A stretch of 64,000 nucleotides of DNA. Origin: an uncultured OM182 clade bacterium (GTDB taxonomy: Bacteria > Pseudomonadota > Gammaproteobacteria > Pseudomonadales > Azotimanducaceae). Of this stretch, positions 39,038 to 48,708 are shown piece by piece (position 1 is the first letter of the stretch; the number at the start of each line of letters is the position of its first letter). The translations under genes were made by a program, and so were the position numbers. The DNA lies in assembly GCA_902567095.1 (NCBI GenBank), contig CACFLG010000005.1:1267-65266 (forward strand). The letters are read 5' to 3'. The notes beneath the pieces are model-generated. The model saw only the letters and a list, made by a program, of their open reading frames with translations. It was not told the DNA's origin and made no database searches.

Positions 39038-39565
39038 ATGAAAAAAATCCTGAAAAACATAGTTTTATTTATTTCATCTTCTCTTTTTTCTAGTGCGGGA
39101 GCCACTCAAGTATTAGTCGGCCAAACCATTCCCGACTTCGAGATGATAGGTACAGACGGCGCCCCTTATTCCAAAGATACATTAGAGGGAAATTATTTCG
39201 TGATAGCTTTTTTTCCCAAAGCTTTTACCGGCGGCTGAACCATGCAGTGCAAATCGCTGCGTGACAGTGATTCTGTGATCAGGAATTTCGAATTGAAATA
39301 TTTTATGGCTAGCAGCGCAGACAGTGTGGAGACCCTAAGCAGATTCAAAAAGGAAAACGAGGCCTCGTTCACTATGCTATCAGACAAAAACGGATTTGCA
39401 GCGAAGGCTCTTGGCGCATACAACCCGATCGGGTTCGCAAAGAGGTGGACTATATACGTAGACGATAATGGGAAAATTTTAAAGGTGGATAAAAGCGTCA
39501 ATGTAAGGACCGCAGGACAAGATTTAGCTGAAAACTTATCGAAGTTGGGATTCCCTAAGCGCTAG
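39038..39565 (+). CDS. Signal-peptide-bearing Bcp/PrxQ-type peroxiredoxin with selenocysteine at the peroxidatic position (UGA at 39236-39238)
   Basis: Track ORFs 39038-39238 and 39242-39565 share one frame. The junction reads FFPKAFTGG-U-TMQCKSLRD, against E. coli Bcp FYPKAMTPGCTVQACGLRD. The N-terminus MKKILKNIVLFISSSLFSSAGA looks like a signal peptide. The gene lies 24 nt downstream of selB. Confidence 0.85.
39241..39263 (+). promoter_or_regulatory. Candidate SECIS hairpin of the Sec-peroxiredoxin mRNA
   Basis: A hand-folded 9-bp stem, CAUGCAGUG (39241-39249) paired with CGCUGCGUG (39255-39263), includes two G:U pairs and has loop CAAAU. It starts 3 nt after the UGA. Confidence 0.4.
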
Positions 39566-39571
39566 AAAATT

Positions 39572-40537
39572 TTAGTGCGATCTGCTAGCGATCAATCTCG
39601 CGAGATTTTCTAGATTGGTCGTGTCTCCCTCAATCTTTTGCAGGCAACCTAATGAGAGTTCAAGCTCATATTCAAGCCTACGCTCGGCCTCTTCCTCGCC
39701 TAAGATGCTTACAAAGGTGCTCCTGTTATTCTTCTTGTCAGACCCGGCTGGCTTACCCATAATTTCAGGCTTGCCCTGCACATCAAGGAGATCATCCCTA
39801 ATTTGAAAACAAAGCCCAAGATGATCGGCAAAGAGATGCAGTTCTGGGAAACTCTCACCTGGTCTTAATGCAGTAACCAGTTCCACGCTTGCCGAAAATA
39901 ACGCGCCAGTTTTTTTTCGGTGCATCAACTCCAGCTCTTTCAGTGACAACAGGCTCTCTGAAGACTCAATATCTAATAATTGCCCATAAATCATTCCTTC
40001 GGCTCCGCCAGCTTTCGCAAGAATTTTTGTCCAATCGGGTATGGCTAAATCTGTCGCCCCATCGGCCAGGACTTCAAAAGAATAGGTTAGCAAAGCGTCG
40101 CCCGTCAGCACCGCGGTAGCTTCTCCAAACTCCTTATGGACTGCAGGCTTCCCTCTTCGAAAATCATCATCGTCCATAGAGGGCAAGTCATCGTGAACGA
40201 GCGAATATGAATGCATCATCTCAATGGCGGCTGAAACAGGGTCCACCTGAGACGCTTCAACACCCAAAGCCTCTGAGGTGGCATAGATAATAAGCGGGCG
40301 TATTCTTTTCCCTCCTGCAAAAAGCGCATGCCTTAGCGCCTTCTCTAAAATAACTGAGGGACAGTGAGCTTCGATGAAACGATCCAAGAGCTCATTTACT
40401 CTTATTTTTTTCTTTTCACGCCACCGCTCGAATTCTAAAGCACTGTCTTTTTCCATCTTTGCTCTTATCCTTATGGGAGTGGCGCGGCTTAGTAAAGTTA
40501 CTCTTGAATATAGTGTATCCTTCGAACACTCAACCAT
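39572..40537 (-). CDS. ispA: (2E,6E)-farnesyl diphosphate synthase
   Basis: First Asp-rich motif LVHDDLPSMDDDDFRRGKP and second Asp-rich motif FQIRDDLLD. The real start is probably the ATG at 40456 (MEKDSALEF...). Confidence 0.9.
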   Translation of the reverse strand: MVECSKDTLYSRVTLLSRATPIRIRAKMEKDSALEFERWREKKKIRVNELLDRFIEAHCPSVILEKALRHALFAGGKRIRPLIIYATSEALGVEASQVDPVSAAIEMMHSYSLVHDDLPSMDDDDFRRGKPAVHKEFGEATAVLTGDALLTYSFEVLADGATDLAIPDWTKILAKAGGAEGMIYGQLLDIESSESLLSLKELELMHRKKTGALFSASVELVTALRPGESFPELHLFADHLGLCFQIRDDLLDVQGKPEIMGKPAGSDKKNNRSTFVSILGEEEAERRLEYELELSLGCLQKIEGDTTNLENLARLIASRSH

Positions 40538-40558
40538 TGAACATAATAAAACTTAATC

Positions 40559-41524
40559 ATGAAAAAAGCTCCAATCAAAATCAGTGCAGCGGCTAATGTA
40601 GCGCTAATCAAATATTGGGGAAAAACAGACCTAGAAAAAAATATCCCATCCGCACCCTCGTTATCAGTTGGAATAGAAGATCTTCGCACCGATACCATAA
40701 TCTCTGAGTCAAGGGAAGATAAGGACACATTGATTGGGAAGTTCAAAAAATCTGACGAACAGCGGATACTAAATTATGTTTTCATGGCAAAAAAATTACT
40801 GGGTGTTTCCGGTGGATTAGAAATAGAAACAGAAAACAACTTTCCAGCCTCAAGCGGCCTAGCTTCCAGTGCTTCAGGTTTCGCAGCCATTGCATTAGGG
40901 ATAGACAAGTTTTATGGCCTTGATATGCCCAGAGAAGATATTTCTAGGCTTGCTCGGCTTGGCTCAGGATCCGCAGCGAGGTCTATCTATGGCGGTTTTG
41001 TGCAAATGGATACCGGCCCCGACCCGTTCGCTAAACCTCTGATCGTCGAAGATCCATGGCCATTAGACATTCTCGTGCTTGTGACCGAAGAACAGCCGAA
41101 AAAGATGAGCTCTACAGATTCAATGAACCTGACCAAAGACACTTCGCCCTTTTACTCGGCCTGGCTAGATACACAAGAAGCCGATTTTCTAAAAGCAAAA
41201 GATGCCATCGAAGAAAAAGACTTTTGGAAGCTCGCTCAAATCAGCGAGCATAATTGTCTTAAAATGCACTCAACAATAATGACATCGAAGCCACCTCACG
41301 TTTATTGGAACCCCACAACAGTAGAAATTCTCCATCAAGTCCAGAAGATCCAAAAAAAAGGTTTGCGCGTTTTTTTTACGATCGATGCTGGCCCGCAAGT
41401 GAAATTAATCTGTGATCCTTCTGACACCCAAAGAGTTCTCGAACAATTCGAATCAACGTCGGGTATTTCTAGAAGGATCGTTACGAAGGTGGGGGGAGAA
41501 CCCCAAATTGAGCAGCTCGCATGA
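40559..41524 (+). CDS. mvaD: diphosphomevalonate decarboxylase
   Basis: 321 aa with AAANVALIKYWGKTD, a GHMP motif SSGLASSASGFAA and GSGSAARS. Confidence 0.9.
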   Translation: MKKAPIKISAAANVALIKYWGKTDLEKNIPSAPSLSVGIEDLRTDTIISESREDKDTLIGKFKKSDEQRILNYVFMAKKLLGVSGGLEIETENNFPASSGLASSASGFAAIALGIDKFYGLDMPREDISRLARLGSGSAARSIYGGFVQMDTGPDPFAKPLIVEDPWPLDILVLVTEEQPKKMSSTDSMNLTKDTSPFYSAWLDTQEADFLKAKDAIEEKDFWKLAQISEHNCLKMHSTIMTSKPPHVYWNPTTVEILHQVQKIQKKGLRVFFTIDAGPQVKLICDPSDTQRVLEQFESTSGISRRIVTKVGGEPQIEQLA

Positions 41525-42438
41525 GAGCGTCCGCTCCGGGCAAGCTCTTTATTTTCGGGGAGTACACGGTACTGGAAGGCGGCACAGCTCTAATTTATCC
41601 TGCACCCTTAGAAGCAAAAACCGAATCAGTGGCCTCTGAAGAGTCGATAGTGGTAACCCATTCTGAGCAAAAGGTTACCTTAAATCTCTCGGAGGCTCTG
41701 AAGCAACTTCCATTGGTATCTGCTATTGCTGAATTGGTCGGAGTAAATTGCTTTAAAAACAAGATGACTATTTTAGACACGAGACCATTCTTTAGAGGTA
41801 AACAAAAGCTGGGTTTAGGGTCGTCATCTGCTCTGACCGTCTCTACAATTAAATGCCTCCGTCCAGAGCTTAGTATGAAAGATACGATAGAGCTTGGGAC
41901 CCGATGCCACAATCTCTTTCAGGGAAAAAAAGGCAGCGGTGGCGATGTTGCGCTGGCTGCGCATGGGCAGCCTATCTTGTTTAATCAAGATAGAGGCCCC
42001 AGACCGGTCGATCGGCTTCAAGGCTTGCACGTATTAGCTATATGGACAGGAAAGTCAGCTTCGACCTCGAACTTCCTGGTCAAGCTGGAACAATGGAAAA
42101 CCAAAAGTCGTGCAAGGTTTTATTCAAAAATGGAGGAGCTAGCTAAAATTTCACTGTCGTGCACGCATAATGTCGAAGAACAAAACATATCAAATCTTAT
42201 CGAAAATATTATAAAATTCGATGCGGCGTTGGAGATCTTTTCAAAGACTTCCCAGCTTAACTTCTATAGTGATAACCATTTAAGAATGAAAACCGAAAGC
42301 AAAAAAGCGGGCTTAGCTTACAAGCCCTCGGGCGCGGGCGGCGGTGACTTTGGAATCTCCTTTAGTGATGACGCCCAGCGGATAAAAGAATTTAGCGAGC
42401 GCTTAAGCTCCCTTAACATCGTCAACTTTATCCTTTAA
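41521..42438 (+). CDS. phosphomevalonate kinase (GHMP family)
   Basis: 305 aa with ASAPGKLFIFGEYTVLEGG, LGLGSSSALTV and KPSGAGGGDFG, located between the decarboxylase and the HMGR/MVK fusion. Confidence 0.75.
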   Translation: MRASAPGKLFIFGEYTVLEGGTALIYPAPLEAKTESVASEESIVVTHSEQKVTLNLSEALKQLPLVSAIAELVGVNCFKNKMTILDTRPFFRGKQKLGLGSSSALTVSTIKCLRPELSMKDTIELGTRCHNLFQGKKGSGGDVALAAHGQPILFNQDRGPRPVDRLQGLHVLAIWTGKSASTSNFLVKLEQWKTKSRARFYSKMEELAKISLSCTHNVEEQNISNLIENIIKFDAALEIFSKTSQLNFYSDNHLRMKTESKKAGLAYKPSGAGGGDFGISFSDDAQRIKEFSERLSSLNIVNFIL

Positions 42439-42450
42439 AAAAGAGAAAAT

Positions 42451-44694
42451 GTGCCGAGGAAGATAATGGGAAAAGGACAGATTCCGGGTTTTTATAAGCT
42501 ATCTATCCTCGAGAGGCTAAAGAAGCTTAAAGATTTCGGGAAAATTTCAGAGGACGATTTTAAGGCCCTTCTTGAAGACAGACACCTGCTGTCCACCCAG
42601 CGCGCAGACAAGATGATAGAGAATGTAATCGGTGTCATGGGCTTACCATTGGGTCTTGGACTGAATTTCCTAGTGAATGACAAGGACTACATGGTACCCC
42701 TAGTTGTAGAAGAGCCCTCCATTGTGGCGGGTTTGAGCTCTGCGGCGAAGGTTTTCAAAGGGTCCGGGGGTGCAGAATCTTTTCTTGAAGAGTCTTTGTT
42801 AATCGGCCAGGTGCAGATCGTGTCTCCAAAAAATAGCGAAGACGCAAAAACCGCAATTTTGTTTAATAAATCCTCCCTTTTAGAAAAGGCCAATGAAGCC
42901 CACCCGAGAATGGCAGAGCGGGGTGGAGGGGCGAAAGACATTGAAGTAAGAGTTTTTGAGCCAACGGAAGATCAGCCGGCCATGGTGATCCTGCATCTTC
43001 TAGTCGACACCTGCGACGCGATGGGAGCTAATGTTGTGAACACCATGTGTGAAAGCCTCGCGCATGATTTGGAAGCCTTGACCGAGGGAAGAGTTTTCCT
43101 GCGTATACTTAGCAACCTCGCAGATAGATCTATCGTCAAAACGAAAGTAGAGATAGATACGAACGAATTAAAAGGAAAAGGTTTTAGGGGTGACGAGGTA
43201 AGGGATGGAGTGATTCTTGCCTCTCAGCTCGCAGAGATAGATCCTTATCGCGCCGCAACCCACAACAAGGGAATCATGAATGGCATTGATCCGCTCGCCA
43301 TCGCTACCGGAAATGACTGGCGGGCGATTGAAGCCTCAGCTCACGCATTTGCAGCAAAAACAGGTCGCTACAAATCCCTTTCGAAGTGGCAAGCTACCAG
43401 CTCGGGAAAACTGCAGGGCACTTTAGAAATACCCTTAAAGGTGGGCACGAAAGGCGGCTCGTTAGGAGCAAATGAGACGATTCAAATTAGCCAAAAACTC
43501 TTAGGGATCACAAATGCAAAAGAGCTAGCTGAATTGATGGGCGCGGTGGGGCTCGCGCAAAACTTCGCTGCACTTAGAGCCCTAGCGACCGAAGGAATTC
43601 AGAAAGGGCACATGTCTCTCCACTCTCGTAGCGTGGCACTGACCGCGGGCACACCGCCGAAACACTTCGATGAAGTAGTGAGAAAACTCAAGGAATCGGA
43701 CGAGATTACCGTCACCAAAGCCAAAAAAATTCTTGAAGACCTCTCTTCAAAAACGAACAAGACCGTAGCGAAGAAAAATGAACACGCCACGATTGCAACT
43801 GCAAATGGAAAAGTGATTTTGCTTGGAGAACATGCCGTTGTATACGGTAAACCCGCCGTGGCGGTTCCAATCAAAGACGCTGTTATAACTGAGATAAGCG
43901 ACTCGGATGGCAGGAATGAGCTTGAGGTTCCTGCCTGGGATCTTGATGGACGGTTAAAACAATCTAACAATGAATGGTGGAAGTCCCTACAAGATGTTTT
44001 CGAGACACTCGGGGTATCCAACAAAAAATTTAATCTTCGGGTAAAGCCCAACATTCCGGCTGCAGTGGGTTTAGGGGGATCTGCTGCTATCGCGGTTTCG
44101 ATTATAAGGTGTGTCTCAAAACACTTTAAATTGGATCTTACGGATCCAGAGATCAACGATCTTGCTTTTGTGTGTGAGACCGCTGCGCACGGGACAGCCT
44201 CAGGCATCGACAATACTATTGCGACCTTTGGCGAGCCCCTGGTTTACCAGCGAGAGCCCTCTATGAAAATAGAAACTCTTAAGTTCGACAAACCCGTCAG
44301 CCTCGTCATAGGCATATCAAATACTCCTTCTTTAACAGCAGAGATGGTAGCGGGCGTAAGGGCTAGATGGAAAGAGAACACGGAATTATACGAAGCCCTT
44401 TTCGAAAACTTCGAAAAAGTTGCTAGGTCGGGAATCTCTGCTATCCGGAGCGGGGACTACCAAACATTGGGAGAGATGATGAACATCAATCAAGGTCTTT
44501 TGTCAGCTATTCAAGTGTCCTCTCCTGAGTTAGACCGAATGATAGAGATAGCAAGAAGCCAGGGCGCGATTGGCGCTAAAGTTACTGGCGCAGGGGGCGG
44601 CGGTTCAATGGTCGCCTTATGCGAAGAAAAAACTGAGCCCGTCGCGTCAGCACTTTCTAACAAAGGGTTCAAGGTCCTTCAGGTCAAACTGTGA
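42451..44694 (+). CDS. Fusion protein: class II HMG-CoA reductase (N-terminal ~430 aa) plus mevalonate kinase (C-terminal ~300 aa)
   Basis: HMGR part: EEPSIVAGLS, DAMGANVVNTMCE, ATHNKGIMNGIDPLAIATGNDWRA, GTKGG and ALATEGIQKGHMSLH. MVK part: GKVILLGEHAVVYGKPA, PAAVGLGGSAAIAVS (GHMP motif 2) and KVTGAGGGGSMVAL. It is a single 747-aa ORF; an alternative ATG lies at 42466. Confidence 0.9.
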   Translation: MPRKIMGKGQIPGFYKLSILERLKKLKDFGKISEDDFKALLEDRHLLSTQRADKMIENVIGVMGLPLGLGLNFLVNDKDYMVPLVVEEPSIVAGLSSAAKVFKGSGGAESFLEESLLIGQVQIVSPKNSEDAKTAILFNKSSLLEKANEAHPRMAERGGGAKDIEVRVFEPTEDQPAMVILHLLVDTCDAMGANVVNTMCESLAHDLEALTEGRVFLRILSNLADRSIVKTKVEIDTNELKGKGFRGDEVRDGVILASQLAEIDPYRAATHNKGIMNGIDPLAIATGNDWRAIEASAHAFAAKTGRYKSLSKWQATSSGKLQGTLEIPLKVGTKGGSLGANETIQISQKLLGITNAKELAELMGAVGLAQNFAALRALATEGIQKGHMSLHSRSVALTAGTPPKHFDEVVRKLKESDEITVTKAKKILEDLSSKTNKTVAKKNEHATIATANGKVILLGEHAVVYGKPAVAVPIKDAVITEISDSDGRNELEVPAWDLDGRLKQSNNEWWKSLQDVFETLGVSNKKFNLRVKPNIPAAVGLGGSAAIAVSIIRCVSKHFKLDLTDPEINDLAFVCETAAHGTASGIDNTIATFGEPLVYQREPSMKIETLKFDKPVSLVIGISNTPSLTAEMVAGVRARWKENTELYEALFENFEKVARSGISAIRSGDYQTLGEMMNINQGLLSAIQVSSPELDRMIEIARSQGAIGAKVTGAGGGGSMVALCEEKTEPVASALSNKGFKVLQVKL

Positions 44695-45260
44695 AAAACG
44701 ACCAAACCGTCTCATCGCCTACTGAGAAATTGATCCTTGTCGACAAAAGCGATAGAAAGATTGGGCAGATAACCAAGCAGGACGCCCACCAAGGGAAAGG
44801 CCGTTTGCACAGAGCATTCTCAATATTTCTGTTTAATGATCAAAAACAACTTTTATTACAAAAGAGAAGCTTAAAGAAACCGTTGTGGCCGGGATTCTGG
44901 GCTAATTCCTGCTGCAGCCATCCACGGGTGGGTGAGGAATTAGAGGAAGCCGTGCATCGCAGGCTGGAACAAGAACTCAATGTTTCCACGTTGGTTCATT
45001 ACTTGTATAAATTTGAGTACAAAGCTTCGTTCAAGGACGTTGGCACGGAGCACGAACTATGTTCAGTTTGGCTTGGCCACGTCCGAGAGGAAGACATAGA
45101 ATTTAACCGAGAAGAGATATCTGAAATCAAATATGTCCCGATTGAAAATATGGAAAAAGAACTTGCTCGTAATAGCGATATCTGCACGCCTTGGCTTAAG
45201 CTGGAATGGAAAACAATTCAATCTGAGCACCTGGAAAGAGTTCTAAGCATAATAGCTTAA
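44691..45260 (+). CDS. idi: isopentenyl-diphosphate delta-isomerase, type 1 (Nudix)
   Basis: 189 aa with HRAFSIFLFN, LLLQKRS..K..WPG.W.NSCCSHP and ELC motifs. Confidence 0.9.
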   Translation: MKNDQTVSSPTEKLILVDKSDRKIGQITKQDAHQGKGRLHRAFSIFLFNDQKQLLLQKRSLKKPLWPGFWANSCCSHPRVGEELEEAVHRRLEQELNVSTLVHYLYKFEYKASFKDVGTEHELCSVWLGHVREEDIEFNREEISEIKYVPIENMEKELARNSDICTPWLKLEWKTIQSEHLERVLSIIA

Positions 45261-45303
45261 AACGTGGCATTATCTCTGGCTCTAGCTAAAGGGAAGCAAG
45301 CGA

Positions 45304-45714
45304 ATGAAGATTAGCGGAGGGTGTTATTGTAAGAGAATTCGGTATTCATTTGACGGCGATATCGCGACTTCGCTTCAATGCCACTGTCGAGAATGTCAGT
45401 ACATAACAGGAGGAAACCCAAACGTATTGGTGCTAGGATCCGACAGCGATCTAACCTTCTTACAAGGCGAAGAGTTTATTTCTAGCTTCACCAGAGACGA
45501 TTTAGAGGGCGCTGTTACCCGTCTGTTCTGCTCCATTTGCGGAACGGCACTTGGAACTAAGCCTCCAAGATTAAAGGGCTCGATTGCACTAAAAATTGGG
45601 ACGATGGACGACCCATCGTTTTTTGTGCCGTCTGCCGCAATTTTTACCAAGGACAAGCAATCGTTTCACCACATATCTCCAGACGTCCCCAGCTTCGAAG
45701 GGGCACCGGGTTAA
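45304..45714 (+). CDS. GFA/CENP-V-family zinc protein (glutathione-dependent formaldehyde-activating-like)
   Basis: 136 aa with the cysteine pattern GGCYC....CHCRECQ....FCSICG. Confidence 0.8.
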   Translation: MKISGGCYCKRIRYSFDGDIATSLQCHCRECQYITGGNPNVLVLGSDSDLTFLQGEEFISSFTRDDLEGAVTRLFCSICGTALGTKPPRLKGSIALKIGTMDDPSFFVPSAAIFTKDKQSFHHISPDVPSFEGAPG

Positions 45715-45728
45715 GCGGACAACAAACC

Positions 45729-47012
45729 TTGAAGAAAACCCTCTACACAAAGAATTACACGCATTATGTTCTCGGAGCACTTACCGTTGTTTACGTCTTC
45801 AACTTCATCGACAGACAGATCTTAGCTATCTTAGCCCCTGCAATCAGGGATGATCTTGGACTTTCGGACACGCAAATTGGTGCTCTGTCGGGCTTAGCCT
45901 TCGGACTGTTCTATGCAACTTTAGGGATTCCAATAGCTCGGCTTGCTGACAAATACTCTAGAGTCAACGTAATATCGATCTCACTGGGTGTTTGGTCATT
46001 AATGACTGCCCTTTCAGGCTTAGCGACTAATTTTTTTCAGTTGCTCATTGCAAGGATTGGGGTGGGGATCGGAGAGGCAGGTGGAAGCCCCCCTTCTCAC
46101 TCGCTTATCGCAGATTATTTTTCTCCCGAGTCGCGTTCCTCAGCCTTAGGCGTTTTCGCCTTAGGCGTGCCGATTGGCATCCTTTTTGGAAACCTGGCTG
46201 GTGGGTGGATCAATGAGTTTTTTGGGTGGCGAAATGCCTTTTTCTTGGTTGGAATTCCTGGGATCGTGCTTGCACTCGTCGTTAAGTTCTCAATCAAGGA
46301 ACCTCCAAGGGGTTACTCAGAAGAATCAGAAAAAGCATCAGATCAGGTTCCCTTTTCAGAGGTTCTCAGAACCATGTGGAGTTTCCCTTCTTTTCGATAC
46401 ATCGCCCTTGGCGCCGGAACTCAGGCGTTTGTTGGTTATGGCTCTATCGCCTGGATGCCCTCTTTTTTCGTGAGAGCTCATGACATGAGTACTGGCGAGA
46501 TCGGAACCGCGCTGGGCCTAATAATTGGCCTGTTTGGGGGGGTCGCTACCATTATTTCCGGATTCGCTGGCGACTACTTTGGAAAGAAAGATAAAAAATA
46601 CTACATGTTAATTCCTGCGATCGCTTTTTTGATTGCGTTCCCGACGGGGGCCGCGGTCTTTATGGTCGACAGCCTCTTCTACGCTCTACTCATCTACACC
46701 ATCCCTGTTTTCTTGGTGAATCTCTACACCGGGCCCACCTTCGGCATGACTCAGACGCTCGCTCCTCTTGCAATGAGAGCATCCGCGTCGGCGCTCATGC
46801 TTTTTATCGTGAACTTTATCGGCTTGGTGTTCGGCCCCACGGCCGTGGGTTTTATTAGTGACACCTTGCAGGCATATCTTTTGATGAGCGAGGTCGAGTC
46901 GCTTCGCTGGTCTCTGCTTTCGTGTAACGTTGTCTACCTGTTGAGTTTCCTTTTTTACTACTTAGCATCGAAAACGATAGGATCTGACCTTAGTAGACAA
47001 AATAAGGGATAA
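45729..47012 (+). CDS. MFS transporter (spinster-like)
   Basis: 427 aa, about 12 TM helices, with the MFS loop motif LADKYSRVNV and GIGEAG. Confidence 0.85.
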   Translation: MKKTLYTKNYTHYVLGALTVVYVFNFIDRQILAILAPAIRDDLGLSDTQIGALSGLAFGLFYATLGIPIARLADKYSRVNVISISLGVWSLMTALSGLATNFFQLLIARIGVGIGEAGGSPPSHSLIADYFSPESRSSALGVFALGVPIGILFGNLAGGWINEFFGWRNAFFLVGIPGIVLALVVKFSIKEPPRGYSEESEKASDQVPFSEVLRTMWSFPSFRYIALGAGTQAFVGYGSIAWMPSFFVRAHDMSTGEIGTALGLIIGLFGGVATIISGFAGDYFGKKDKKYYMLIPAIAFLIAFPTGAAVFMVDSLFYALLIYTIPVFLVNLYTGPTFGMTQTLAPLAMRASASALMLFIVNFIGLVFGPTAVGFISDTLQAYLLMSEVESLRWSLLSCNVVYLLSFLFYYLASKTIGSDLSRQNKG

Positions 47013-47097
47013 AACCCTTGGAATTGTTCGCAAGAAACCTCTAGATTAAAACTGTCAGATTCATGAAATATTAATATTTTGGAAACGGAGGAACGCT

Positions 47098-47631
47098 ATG
47101 TTCGAATACGTGAACCCTGAAGGGCAATCTTCCATAGAGAATACGCCCTACCGACTTTCAGCATCGATTAAAGGTGCTAACGCAATAAAAATTGGATTCC
47201 TCGCAAACGGCTTTCCCGACTCAGAAAATTTCCTCGCATTGTTAGCAGATGAATTATCAGAGCTTGAGCCGGGTATAGAAAAAGAATTTTACAATAAAGG
47301 GAACGCCTCGATCGCGGCGAGTCCCGAGCTCTTATCAAGCATCACGTCCGATTGTCAGGCGGTAGTAGCGGCCTACGGGCACTGAGGATCTTGTACCACC
47401 GGCACCGTGCGTGACGGAATCAACATCGCAAAGCTCAACATACCCGCTGTAGCCCTGGTGACGGAAGAGTTCTGGCCGCAAGGGGATTTTGTCTCGGTCT
47501 CTTTGGGGATGCCAGAGATTCCAAGGGTAAAGCTACCACACCCCGTCGCGGGATCTGGAACGGAAAACATGAGAATGATTGCAAAATCTGTAGCAACCCA
47601 AGTGATCGCCTCGCTAGACACTAATGCGTGA
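47098..47631 (+). CDS. UGSC-motif selenoprotein, copy 2 (in-frame UGA = Sec at 47383-47385)
   Basis: Track ORFs 47098-47385 and 47407-47631 share one frame. The read-through is GCC TAC GGG CAC TGA GGA TCT TGT ACC, i.e. ...VAAYGH-U-GSCTTG... A GGAGG SD sequence precedes the ATG. It is a paralog of 13399-13920. Confidence 0.8.
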
Positions 47632-48694
47632 TCTCTTAACCGCAAAATCAGAAGAAGACGCGCTAGAAGATCTCCACAGGAAAGGCTTAACCGACGGATT
47701 GCCGGTGGTTGTGCCAACTCCAAGCAGAGTAGACAGAATGGCGCTTGCGTCTGGCAATGACCCAGACATGGTCATCGGGGCCATGGGTCCAGGGAATGGC
47801 GTAGCAACGATCGAAAAAATAGCCGTCGCCGCAGTAATGGCGGGCTGCGTTCCGGATCACATGCCCGTCGTTTTGGCTGCGGTCAAGGCAGTGATCAACC
47901 CGGTATTTGATTTGACTGAGATGCAAGCCACCACACACTGCACCGCGCCTCTCATTATTGTGAATGGGCCCGCGAGGTTCTCCTGCGGACCAATCTCGTC
48001 AGGCTACGGAGCCCTGGGCCCGGGCCATAGAGCAAACGCCAGCATTGGCAGAGCGCTTAGGCTTGCCATGATCAATATTGGAGGGGGGCGACCCGGAAGC
48101 TCTGACATGGCGTTGCTTGGGCACCCAGGCAAGTTCACATACTGCCTAGCCGAAAACGAAGAAGAAAGTCCATTTGAACCCTTGCACACCTCTTTTGGAT
48201 TTGAAAGGGATGAAAGCATTGTTACGGTGATGGGGGGCGAGGCGCCCCACTCCGTGCTTTTCGGTGCGGACGGTGATGACCCCAAGAGCTACAAGGGCTT
48301 GCTAGATATTCTCGCAATCGGTCTGACTAACCCTGCGACGAACAACGCAATACTTACCGGCGGGTCTGCGCTGATTATTCTTAATCCGGAGCATGCAGCG
48401 GTGCTCGCCGACGCCGGTCTTAACCGGACAACAATCAGCGAAGAGTTGCACACAAGGTGCCTCCATACGGAGAAGGATATCAAGCGACTTGTCCCCGCAT
48501 TTTCGAGCAATAGAGAGGGAAACCGAAACGCCTTTACGGGTCCAGAGCAGATTTTAATTATGATGGCGGGCGGCTCAGGGCTTTATTCGATGGCGATCCC
48601 CACATGGAGCGCAGGGGCCCACAAAAACTCACCATCCTGTGAGAAGATAGAAACAGATTTTTTCTGTGAGATTCCGGACAAGAAGATTGACTAA
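47624..48694 (+). CDS. Uncharacterised ~350-aa domain protein; UGSC partner protein, copy 2 (no Trx domain)
   Basis: 356 aa. It overlaps the UGSC gene by 8 nt. It shares DGLPVVVPT, EKIAVAAVMAGC, PLIIVNGP, RANASIGRAL and GGGRP blocks with residues ~150-471 of 13930-15345. Confidence 0.75.
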   Translation: MRDLLTAKSEEDALEDLHRKGLTDGLPVVVPTPSRVDRMALASGNDPDMVIGAMGPGNGVATIEKIAVAAVMAGCVPDHMPVVLAAVKAVINPVFDLTEMQATTHCTAPLIIVNGPARFSCGPISSGYGALGPGHRANASIGRALRLAMINIGGGRPGSSDMALLGHPGKFTYCLAENEEESPFEPLHTSFGFERDESIVTVMGGEAPHSVLFGADGDDPKSYKGLLDILAIGLTNPATNNAILTGGSALIILNPEHAAVLADAGLNRTTISEELHTRCLHTEKDIKRLVPAFSSNREGNRNAFTGPEQILIMMAGGSGLYSMAIPTWSAGAHKNSPSCEKIETDFFCEIPDKKID

Positions 48695-48708
48695 CACGAG
48701 AGACTGAG

